A program made the position numbers and the translations under genes. This document shows positions 54,187-63,195 of a stretch of DNA of 64,000 nucleotides, one piece after another. Origin of the DNA: a virus (taxonomy: Duplodnaviria; Caudoviricetes); IMG/VR virus record IMGVR_UViG_3300029305_003961, positions 1 to 64,000 of that record; one strand, written 5' to 3'. The notes under the pieces are model-generated. The model ran no database searches. It had not been told where the DNA came from and saw nothing but the letters and a program-made list of their open reading frames with translations. The first letter of the stretch is position 1. Every line of letters starts with the position of its first letter.

Positions 54187-54232
54187 CCAATTATTTTCAA
54201 AAATTGGAACTATTAATTTATCTAGTTAGACC
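54187..54232 (-). promoter_or_regulatory. Candidate phage-specific promoter motif (copy 7, before the tape measure gene)
   Basis: The - strand reads GGTC-N9-AAA-N16-TTGAAAATAATTGG. Confidence 0.5.
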
Positions 54233-54754
54233 AGTCATATCTACCATGCTCTTTAATAAAGTTAAGGCTTGAGGGTCATTAATTTGATTCATAAGTTCAG
54301 TAACATCGAAGTTTAAATTATCTCTATTATTAGAAATGGCTTTCAAAATGCCAAGTACAGAATTGTTATAAGTAGTAATTTCTTTAGCTAAAGCCATAAT
54401 ATTACTCCAAATATATTCACGTTCGGCTTCAGGAATTGCGTCGGCTACTGCGGCCCAAATATCATTTAAACGAATGGCGTCATATAGCTTAGGAGTATCT
54501 TCGAGTTGTTTTTCAGTAAAGCTAATATTCGTATAGGCTCGAATCATTTCAATAACATAATAGGCTTCAAGCTTTACGATATTAAAGAAGCCTTCTTCTC
54601 CATTGCCAGACTGCTCAATAACAGAGGTAATTAAATTTAATTTCTCTTCCAAAGGAAGATATTGTTCAACCAAAATCTTTTGGTCCTCAACAACAATCTC
54701 TACTGCTGGTAGAGATTTGATTTTATTAAATTTTGAAAAAGCAATTTTTGCCAT
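54218..54754 (-). CDS. Hypothetical protein, 178 aa, TAG-free (occupies a tail-chaperone-like position)
   Basis: ATG 54754 after SD AAGGAG; motifs I.VEQYLP..EK and YTNISFTEKQ.ED..KLYD. Confidence 0.75.
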   Translation of the reverse strand: MAKIAFSKFNKIKSLPAVEIVVEDQKILVEQYLPLEEKLNLITSVIEQSGNGEEGFFNIVKLEAYYVIEMIRAYTNISFTEKQLEDTPKLYDAIRLNDIWAAVADAIPEAEREYIWSNIMALAKEITTYNNSVLGILKAISNNRDNLNFDVTELMNQINDPQALTLLKSMVDMTGLTR

Positions 54755-54797
54755 AGTAATTTTCTCCTTTTTCTCTCGCTTTTGCGATTTTTTATTT

Positions 54798-54826
54798 ATT
54801 ATATCAAAAATTTTTGAGATTGTCAA
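54798..54826 (-). promoter_or_regulatory. sigmaA-type promoter (consensus) inside the virion cluster
   Basis: The - strand reads TTGACA-17 nt-TATAAT with extended TG. Confidence 0.85.
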
Positions 54827-56169
54827 TTTTCATTAATAGCAATTCGATAATCCTTTGGTTTTGTAACCGATACAGAGCCAATGGGTGCAAAGTATTTGCT
54901 TCTAGCAAATAAATTAGTATAATAAGTATAAGAATCCATAATACCCTTTGAGGTCATCATATAATAATTTCCTTTAATAATTTTATTATCTAGAAATTTT
55001 CCTAAACAATAACTAAATAAAGCCTTATAATCGGGATGCGTAGACTTTACATTGAATCGATGGGTAACATTTTCTTTCTAATACCCCTCTATACCTTGTG
55101 ATAGTATATATAAATTCCTTAAGGCTTTAGCCTAAGCATAATCTGCATTAATTACATCATAAAAAGATACTTTACCCATTGTAATATATCCTCCTCGATG
55201 ATATTTAGACTATAATCCTATTGCTGATTTCATTATCTACTACCATTCACTGTCTGTAAAGCTGATTGAACTATTATTAGATTGAGCGTTATTTAAATAT
55301 TCATGTAAATTAACTTTTTCCCCATTGCTTAATTCTATTACTAAATTTTTTTCAAAAAATAAAGCGTCTTGTGAAGCCTATTGACCACCAACTAAAATCT
55401 AACCAGTTCCAACAAAAGAAATATTTTGAGGGATTTTTACCTTTTCTTTAATAAACTTAATGCCTTCATGTTCTAACAAAGTAATACCTTTAATCTACAT
55501 GGAGAGATAGCCTAATTTACTAATGAAGTTAACCTATTCCCCTTGTTTATTCTAAAATAGGGATTTATCTAACAATATTGATGGAGTTGAGTCAACTTGA
55601 TTGCCAATGATTTGAATTAAAGTGTCTAGCTCTTGTAAATATTTATCTGTTACATTTTTCAACTAATTATTTTTAATACTACTATATATAGATAAAAATT
55701 TTTTATATGCTGTTTGTAGCTAGGAATTTGCAGAAAGCATATTTTCGACACTTGTTGAAATTGATTGAATCTATTTTAATTTTCCGGCCGACTTAAGAAC
55801 TTCATCGATACCAGCTTCTAATGCTTTGATTCCATTTTTCACTAGATTCTAAACAGCTAAATCCGCTTCCAAAAAAGCTTGTTGATTATTCATCTTAGTA
55901 AGCTATAATAGAAGTTTACTTTGCTAAAAAGTTTTTTGAATACTTAAAAAATGTTTCTTCTGTTCCAAAGCAATATCTGAAGCAGTGGGAATATTTAAAT
56001 TATTCATAAAATTAGCTTTAATACCAGTGGCATAAACAAATTGATTATTATCAGTGTTATATCCCCACATTGGCTTACCGTCATAAAAATGCTATGTTCT
56101 TCTATTATATAAAGTATTCTTATTCGATTTACCACGATTTCTAAAGTTAATATAATCACTTAATTTCAT
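54823..56169 (-). CDS. Hypothetical protein, about 448 aa, TAG-rich
   Basis: SD GAAAGGAG, ATG 56169 and an in-frame TGA at 54823. It fills a 1.35-kb gap in the ORF track. Confidence 0.65.
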
Positions 56170-56197
56170 TTTTATTCTATCTCCTTTCTCTCAAAAA

Positions 56198-56236
56198 TAA
56201 AAAATAGGAGGAAAACTTATTCAGTTTTCCTCCTAT
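56198..56236 (-). terminator. Intrinsic terminator
   Basis: ATAGGAGGAAAACT-TATTC-AGTTTTCCTCCTAT with a T tract on the - strand. Confidence 0.85.
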
Positions 56237-56240
56237 AAAT

Positions 56241-56609
56241 TTAATGTATAACGGGAATAGTTATTTCATCGGTAAATAAAATTGATTGACCATTTTTCTT
56301 GGCATAGGCCTGAGCCTCTAAAGAAATTTCATTAACTTCATCTTTTACATCTAAAGAAATGAGAGAGATATATATCTCAGGCTAGAGTGGATCAAAATGA
56401 AGAAGAGGATCATCAACATATAAAATTTCATTTTCAGCTCCCATGTAAGACACAACAGCCTATAGATTCTCCCATTCTTCAATTGTATCATCTAACATTA
56501 AACTTCCGATATTACTTACTACATTAAAATAATAAGTATCATTAACATTTATTCCCTAACTTATATCACTTACGGCAACTAAATGAATTGATTTTAGTTG
56601 CCCTGAGTA
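56241..56609 (-). CDS. Probable -1 frameshift C-terminal extension of the tail tube protein (about 120 aa, 3 TAG)
   Basis: The -1 frame is open across the tail tube stop and runs to TAA 56241. It has no start codon or SD at its 5' end. Candidate slippery heptamer A AAC CCT at 56615-56609. Confidence 0.55.
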
Positions 56610-57580
56610 GGGTTTACAGGACCGATAACGCCATTTTCGTCTTCCTTACGAAGAGTATTGGTAGCATCTCTGTCCATCTCGTCTTGAGCGGCTCCGCCAA
56701 TAATCTGAATGGAAGCCAATACCTTTTCCTTGCGGTCAAAGCGAGTATAATCGGGGAAGGCGTCCATAGTAAAAGTAAAGGAAGAGGGATCTCCAGAACC
56801 AGCCATAGTAAATGTAAAATTAGATTGTACACGAGCATTAGGAATAATGAACTCGGCAGGCATATCTAACTGAGTTGCCTGGTCGCGGAATAAAGTAGAA
56901 GCCTCAACATAGAAAGCTCCACCGAACTTATCAGGAGTAATATTAATCTGCATTGCTCCAGAGTTCTTCTCAACATAATAATCTACTAAAATAGTATAAC
57001 CATTTAAATGAGCAGGCTTATCAATTCCGTTGGGCTTGCTAATAGTTAATACTTTATCGGCTACACTAATTTCACCGGCACCACCCTCGTTGGTATCAGT
57101 GGAGAATGGCTCACAATATAAATTATTTTGAGCGTCATAAATTAGTACGTAAACATCAGCGCCAGATTTCTTTTCAGGGGTTACAGGAGCTTCAGTCATG
57201 GTGACTTCAATAGTGCCATCTTCACTCCAAGTAACAAATTCAGTATCAGCAGCATCAATACGCTCAGTGCTATGAACATAAATAGTCTCTTCGGCACCAT
57301 CAATAATTCCAGCACCAGTCAGAATAGATAGACCCTCAGGAGAAATTAAAGCATCCTCCATAGTGAAAGTAACTGTACGCTCACCATCCCAAGACATTAA
57401 ACGAGCATTACCACGTCCACCTTGAGCGTAAACAGTAGTTGCTGCGCCTTCTAAAGTAGAAGTTTTCAGAGTGTCAAAATAAATAACGGGCTCACCCTTA
57501 TAGAAAATTCTTTTACCAACTTTCATAGGAGCCTTGGCTCTGAAAACAACATCGCAACATTCGCGAACACCAAATTTCAT
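56594..57580 (-). CDS. Major tail tube protein, 328 aa, TAG-free
   Basis: Motifs MKFGVRE, LKTSTLEGAATTVYAQGGRGN.RL..WDGE, EDAL and FTFTMA..GDPS.FTFTMDAFP. Lies between the neck genes and the tape measure gene. Confidence 0.8.
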   Translation of the reverse strand: MKFGVRECCDVVFRAKAPMKVGKRIFYKGEPVIYFDTLKTSTLEGAATTVYAQGGRGNARLMSWDGERTVTFTMEDALISPEGLSILTGAGIIDGAEETIYVHSTERIDAADTEFVTWSEDGTIEVTMTEAPVTPEKKSGADVYVLIYDAQNNLYCEPFSTDTNEGGAGEISVADKVLTISKPNGIDKPAHLNGYTILVDYYVEKNSGAMQINITPDKFGGAFYVEASTLFRDQATQLDMPAEFIIPNARVQSNFTFTMAGSGDPSSFTFTMDAFPDYTRFDRKEKVLASIQIIGGAAQDEMDRDATNTLRKEDENGVIGPVNPTQGN

Positions 57581-57608
57581 AGTGTGTTTCCTCCTTAAAA
57601 TATTATTT

Positions 57609-58331
57609 TTAATGAATATTCTTCATCCAACTATCAACAGGTTTATCAGGTTTAGCACCCGCTAAGCGAGATTTTAAATCGATATCCCAATTGATATATA
57701 GAGAATATCTTTCAACCAAATCATACAGTTGATACATAGTTAAGTTAATGCAATCTTGTAAAGACATAGAACCTAATCCAACAGTAAGGGTTGAAATATA
57801 CTGCGCAAAAGCGCTTCCTTCGTTATCAGCGGCCTTTTGTGCGGCTACTTTCTAACGCCCTTTCATGAGTTTATCTGCTATTTCTTTAGCCTTTTTATCA
57901 CCGGGATTAAATACCTGCTAATCAGTTTTATTTAAGCAAAATATCTAGCCAATAATCTCTTGAAATTTTTCAAAATTGTTTTCATCTATTATGGCGGTTT
58001 GTCCTTCACAATTCAAGGAAATTGCCCGAGGCGTAAAAAAAGTTGTACACTACGGAAATAATAAAGCCAACGTTGATAAAACACTTTGTTTTTTATCAGC
58101 CGTAGATTTATCATTCATAACCGTCATAAATATTTGAAAATTCGATGTAGTTGATAGAAGATTTTCGTCCTATATCACCATTTTTTTCTATATACTTAAA
58201 CACTAAATTCCTACTAAAAATTCTTTCTCCCCTAAATAAGAAATTTCTTTAAGCGTTGGCTAATGAAGCGTAATTTGTAATTCTGGAATAGGAATGTCTA
58301 CGCCAGTCATTAAGGCTAGTCTAATGTCCAT
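57609..58331 (-). CDS. Tail-module protein, 240 aa, multiple TAG
   Basis: Reads MDIRLALMTGVDIPIPE...LH*PTLKEI...AKEIADKLMKGR*KVA...LTMYQLYDL.ERY...LAGAK...WMKNIH. Absent from the ORF track. Confidence 0.75.
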
Positions 58332-58924
58332 TCTTTTTCACCATTATTAAACATTTCATTAAATTCTTTAATAAAGGCTTCATTATCCTCGGGATTAAGC
58401 ATAAACTTTTTATCATCTTCTCCGTTAATAACACTATACATTAAAGAAATGCCAGCAAATTCATCATTTAAAATAATTTGATTGGCTCCTAAAAATTGTG
58501 TTTCACCAATTCCTGCCAAATGTTTTTTATCAATCATATAATCAATTTCAGCCGCAATTTTATAGGGTCTTAATTGGAAGTCTTTTAAATGCCATTGGTC
58601 AAAATGACAAATAATATCAAAAGAAATAATATGGTCTCTAAACTCAGGATTGGTTGCGTTAGGAGTAAAATTATCGAAACTAATAATTACATAGTTCTCA
58701 ACAGTTTTATCAATAACCAATTTGGGAACAATACGAATATTTTTACCAAATAACTCATAAGTCTAATCGGCAGTAAGTTTTGCTTTATCCAAAGCGTTCG
58801 GAGTAGTGTAATATAATAATTTTTTTAATCTGTCATTTTTGAGCATTAAATTAGTAATAATACTTAAATCTTTTTCAATACTCAAAAAACTAGATTTAGG
58901 AAATTGATAATTTTCAATTTTCAT
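58310..58924 (-). CDS. Neck/tail-completion protein, 204 aa, 2 TAG
   Basis: Motifs FLSIEKD, RLKKLLYY, FDNFTPNATNPEFRD, FDIICH..W and RPYKIA.EID. Confidence 0.65.
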
Positions 58925-58941
58925 AACTGTTCTCCTTTATC

Positions 58942-59988
58942 TCAAAAAAGTGATTTAACAGTAATCTCCTTGGAAGTTTTTCCAAAAGATAAAGTAAATG
59001 TATCACTATAACTCGCAGTCCATATTAAATCAATAATATTATCGCTAATCTGTGCTTCTAGTGGCAAAGAAGCGTCATAACTCCATTCGCCATCTTCTGC
59101 ACCGTCATAACGATATCTATAAGTTTTTCGTGGCCGCATTGTATTCTCACCAACGATAATATAATCAACCTCGCTAGGAAGTTCAATCATAACTACGTCT
59201 TTAACAATACCTTGTTCTACATCATCAACCTATTCGTTTGAATAATATTCGTGAGCAGTAATTTCTAAAATACCAGGCATACTTATAGTATCAGTTGCTT
59301 CCACACGCCAGCAAATTTTATTAGTTTCCGCATCGGCACCGCGAATATAAAATTTAGCATATCTCTAAAAACGCTTTATAGTTTCATCATTTTTAGGCAT
59401 TAAAATATTTAAAGTGTGATTAGGAATATCCATATTATAATTATCTTTAGTAATAGAGTTCATCGCAGTTTCTACTGGACCGCGAATCGCAAACCAGGTA
59501 TGGTGAATTTGTCCATATTCATCTTCCCAGTTTACCCAATAATTACATTTGCGTATATCTCCTTTAAAATATGCTAACTCTGTTAAATCTTGTAAATATA
59601 TTAACCAATAGGAGGTGTCAACAGTGCCATCTTGTTTTTTACGATGCCACTAAATTACATCTCCGGGTTTATAATTATATTCATATCCAACAGACAGAAT
59701 CTTATCATCATAATCTTGTTTTACGATATTGGCATTAATCAGCGCCCTCTGTCGTATTCTAGGACAATTTACAGGAGAAATTTCTGCGGCTTGATATGAA
59801 TTAAACACGGCTCGATCAAGCGTTTTTCGCTTGGCCTGAATCATTCTTTCTTGCTAACGATAGCCGCCTTCAGCGCGCAATAAAGTTGCTTGATTATCTA
59901 CTCCTTCAGTCGCGCCAATATTTTGGTAGGGAGCCTTTTCATAAACACCCAAACGTGCTTCCATTAATTTTTTATTATGAGTAATCAC
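58942..59988 (-). CDS. Head closure/neck protein, 348 aa, several TAG
   Basis: GTG start after AGGAG. Motifs RALIN....KQDYDDKILS, WLIYLQDLTELAYFKG.IRKC and WRVEATDTIS.PGILE. Confidence 0.7.
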
Positions 59989-60283
59989 GACCGAACTCCT
60001 ATAATAAACTAATGGCTTCAAAAACAGTTTTACGATACAGGGTAAAAGGAATATCTTCCATAGCCTTTAATCCCTCTAACTTACTTAATAAAGAAATTAG
60101 AACTGAATTAAGAATTAATACTTCTTGTAATCCGGTGATTTCAAGAATTACTGTATCTAACTGTTTTTGCCAATCTTCTTCATGCTCTTTCATTGGAATT
60201 AATTTCCAAAGTTGATTAGTTAATCTCATAACATTTTTTTGCATACCCTCTACCTCTGCAAATCCATATTTAGTTAAGAGCAC
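59975..60283 (-). CDS. Hypothetical neck-region protein, 102 aa, 1 TAG
   Basis: Motifs RLTNQLWKLIPM.E and YRKTVFE.ISLL*E. Read-through ends at a TAA overlapping the next start. Confidence 0.65.
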
Positions 60284-60764
60284 TATTATCCCTCAATACT
60301 GACCAGTTAGATTCATACTTTCCGCCATCATCAAATCTGCGGCGCTTATATAAACGCTACATATGATGGGATTGGCGTTGATTTTCAGCCAGTAAAGTTA
60401 ATAGTTTTCCCAAGTGATTTGCTTGAGAGGTAAATTTAAAATCAGAACTACTAAATTTCATTCTGGTATTTTCGATAGAGGTAATTTGTCTTTGAGTCCA
60501 ACTAATCATCATTAAAATAGCGAGGATATTTATTTCCTCGCTACTTAATTCTTCGGCAAAAGAAGAAGTATCTTCGAGCACGTTCTCTGCTTCTTCAATG
60601 CTATAATCCATAAGATTTTTTCGTGGAAATTCAAAGCCAGGAATAGCATCAATAAGCAAATTGCGCAAATCACGCATAGTGTCTTCTGGAGTTAACTCCA
60701 TATACATATCGTCAGTAATTTTTCCAAGAAAGCGATTATAAACTTGAGTAAATGGTGTGCCCAT
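60270..60764 (-). CDS. Head-tail adaptor/connector, 164 aa, 1 TAG
   Basis: Motifs TPF..VY.RFL.KITDD, L..EEINILA..M...W and DFKFTSQANHL.KL...HHM*RLYKRR. Confidence 0.7.
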
Positions 60765-60780
60765 AATCGCTCCTCCTTAC

Positions 60781-61344
60781 TTATTCTTCAATAATATTAT
60801 ATTTGCTTTCAGTTCTACGAACTTGAGTTTCTGCGTTTGTCTTCTGAACACGACGAGTGGTAGTAGAGGCTTCTACTGGAACTTCGTCCTCATCTGGCGC
60901 ATTATTCTCAATAGCGGCTGTTACATTAAAACCAGTCATCTCAAGGATTGCCTGTCTCTTAAGCATATCGTAAATGGGCAGTTCGACTGCTTTATCCTTA
61001 ATAATCTGAATAACTCCCTTAGGAGCAAAATCCAAAGCATCCTTTAATTCATCAAGAGAGCCTTGCTGTAGCATCTTAACTACATCTTCTTCACTCATAA
61101 AATATTCAGGTTCAGTGTGAATGTTTAAGTTTTTCGTGGCCTGAACTTCTTGAATTTGTAGCATATTGGTCATTAAATTACGACCGCCGGGTCTATAACT
61201 TAACCAAACTAACTCCTCATAGGGAACCTGTTTAGTTTCATTAGCATTAAATTCTCTGCGAATGCCATGCTCAGGAATACGGTATACAACACGTCCCGCA
61301 CTTCTATTTTTAACATTCACAAGTTTCTTCATATCAAATTCCAT
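60781..61344 (-). CDS. Conserved head-region protein, 187 aa, TAG-free
   Basis: SD AAAAGGAG. Motifs V.VKNRS.G.V.Y.IP and GSLDE.KDALDFAP.GV. Lies directly after the capsid gene. Confidence 0.7.
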   Translation of the reverse strand: MEFDMKKLVNVKNRSAGRVVYRIPEHGIRREFNANETKQVPYEELVWLSYRPGGRNLMTNMLQIQEVQATKNLNIHTEPEYFMSEEDVVKMLQQGSLDELKDALDFAPKGVIQIIKDKAVELPIYDMLKRQAILEMTGFNVTAAIENNAPDEDEVPVEASTTTRRVQKTNAETQVRRTESKYNIIEE

Positions 61345-61363
61345 AATAAATCTCCTTTTTCTC

Positions 61364-61406
61364 AAAAAAATAATAGGGGAGAGGGGAAATCCCCCGTCTC
61401 CCCTTA
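61364..61406 (-). terminator. Intrinsic terminator after the major capsid gene
   Basis: AGGGGAGA-GGGG-AAAT-CCCC-CG-TCTCCCCT stem with a T tract on the - strand. Confidence 0.75.
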
Positions 61407-61422
61407 ATATATATTATATTAA

Positions 61423-62463
61423 TTAAGCATTAGCCTCAATGTCTAAGCTGGAGTCGAAATAGTGGCAAACGCTGTTGTTCAGCATAGCAACTACGCCAAC
61501 CTTCTTATAAACCTGGATATCGCGGCTCCAATCGTCGTTCTCATGCTCTTTCATTAGAGTCTCGCCTTCCATTGCTACGTAGATAGGAGTACCGTTAGCA
61601 CCAGTAGCAATAACCCAGCAGTGAGCAGGATTTACAACTTTTTGGCTGTTGGTTTCATCAACGAAACTCTGCTCTAGGATAACTACGCGGGTGCCCTTGT
61701 AGTTACCTAACCAACCATTGTTCCAAATCTTCTCTTTCATTCCCTCGGTTAAATAACCTTCAGCAGGAATCATACGAACAGCAAATTCACGAGTGCAATA
61801 TACAACAGGAGTGCCGTAAGCAGCAGCAATCTGAATTAAACGGTCCATTTCATCGGGATCCCAACCATCGATAGCAACACGGTTAGCGGCAGGCAGCTGG
61901 TTAACAGCACCTTCCATAGCCTTTACTACTTCTTCCTGGATTGCCTCATCAATGCCTTCCAGAACGATGTTTAGGACTTCAGCCATATCAATACGGCCAT
62001 CTAGGAATTCTTCAAAACCGATTTGAGCAGCTCCGCCCAGTGCGCTAGTGGGTACCTGGAAGCTTTCAGTTTTCTTGCCTAGCTTGAAAACTTCATAGCG
62101 GCCAGCCAGACCAACGCGAGTGATGAACTGCTTAGCACGACGATTATTGGTACGATTACGCTTGAATTCAGGCTTGTCGCCCTGAGCGAATACCTTTACA
62201 GTAGCCAGACCAGCATAGCGGTCAGCAACACTCTTAGGAAGAACGTCATCTAAAACTTCTTCCATAATAGAGAAAATTAAGTTCTTGTTCTCACGATATA
62301 GGGAGTGAGTAGAAGCTAAAGCGTTCAACTCGTCACGCAGAGTTTCATTAACAGCGCTGTAAGTCAGGCTAGCGCCATTGAAACTATAAGCGGTAGGAGC
62401 AGAAGGATTAGCAGTCATAGCAATTTTACCTAATTGCACTAAATCTTGTTTATTTAAAGCCAT
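61423..62463 (-). CDS. Major capsid protein, 346 aa, TAG-free
   Basis: Size, position after scaffold and cement genes, and high-expression codon bias. Sequence features include IGFEEFLDGR and GWLGNYKGT.V..L.Q. Confidence 0.85.
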   Translation of the reverse strand: MALNKQDLVQLGKIAMTANPSAPTAYSFNGASLTYSAVNETLRDELNALASTHSLYRENKNLIFSIMEEVLDDVLPKSVADRYAGLATVKVFAQGDKPEFKRNRTNNRRAKQFITRVGLAGRYEVFKLGKKTESFQVPTSALGGAAQIGFEEFLDGRIDMAEVLNIVLEGIDEAIQEEVVKAMEGAVNQLPAANRVAIDGWDPDEMDRLIQIAAAYGTPVVYCTREFAVRMIPAEGYLTEGMKEKIWNNGWLGNYKGTRVVILEQSFVDETNSQKVVNPAHCWVIATGANGTPIYVAMEGETLMKEHENDDWSRDIQVYKKVGVVAMLNNSVCHYFDSSLDIEANA

Positions 62464-62481
62464 TGTTCTTCTCTCCTTTCA

Positions 62482-63171
62482 TTAAGCGATACGCATAATC
62501 TTTACGCCCTTCTGATAGTCGGGCATAGTATAAACTTTAACGACCTGCCACTGCATCTTGGCATCTTCGCCAACCTCTAGAATACCATTAGCACCAACCT
62601 TTAATAGGTCACCAACTTCTAGAGACTCAGCATTAACGCAGTTAGTGGTGAAAATATCACCAACCATAGTCTTAAATACACGAGGAACCATAGTGGTGTC
62701 TTCGGGCATTAAAGCAACTTCATTCTGAGAATAAATGCGGAAGGGGTCAGCAACAGCGTCTAAAGAATAAGGGTCAGCAGGAGCAACGATGTCGCGATAG
62801 TCGCGAGCATATAGATAATTGCCTTCCTCATCCTTTAATTCACTTAATTCACCCTTGCTGGGACTATAAACGCGAGCCTTGTAATTGCCCTTCACCATAG
62901 CAAATTCGCAATCATCCTGGCCGTCACGATATAGTTTGATTTCATTGAAAACTAGCATCCATTCGCCCTTGCCTTCAAAATTGACAAGGCCTTTTTCATA
63001 GTCGTATTTAACGAACTGACCATTTTCTAAAACGTCAATGTCAGCAGCCGCAGGTAATTGAGCATAAATCTGGCCATTGCGTTGAGCAGAAAGATGGTTA
63101 GGCTCAACCTGAGCATAGCCATAATCAACATAGGTGGCTTGGCTCAAGCCTTCTAAAAATGTTTTAGCCAT
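62482..63171 (-). CDS. Capsid cement/decoration protein, 229 aa, TAG-free
   Basis: Motifs GYAQVEPNHLSAQRNGQIYAQLPA, LENGQF.KYD, PR......GDIFTTN and TMPD.Q.GVK. Lies immediately upstream of the capsid gene. Confidence 0.7.
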   Translation of the reverse strand: MAKTFLEGLSQATYVDYGYAQVEPNHLSAQRNGQIYAQLPAAADIDVLENGQFVKYDYEKGLVNFEGKGEWMLVFNEIKLYRDGQDDCEFAMVKGNYKARVYSPSKGELSELKDEEGNYLYARDYRDIVAPADPYSLDAVADPFRIYSQNEVALMPEDTTMVPRVFKTMVGDIFTTNCVNAESLEVGDLLKVGANGILEVGEDAKMQWQVVKVYTMPDYQKGVKIMRIA

Positions 63172-63195
63172 TTTCTATATCCTCCTTAAAAATTA

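Noticed and set aside
34295-60764. Decayed prophage or pseudogene field suggested by the fragmented ORF track
   Set aside because: The interruptions I traced are all TAG, fragments stay in one frame over kilobases, and no frameshifts or TAA/TGA breaks were seen. This fits recoding, not decay.
34101-61047. + strand ORFs within the virion arm (for example 34101..34373, 40519..41007, 50125..50412, 50695..50937, 56588..56869, 60757..61047)
   Set aside because: They are antisense shadows of the recoded - strand genes.
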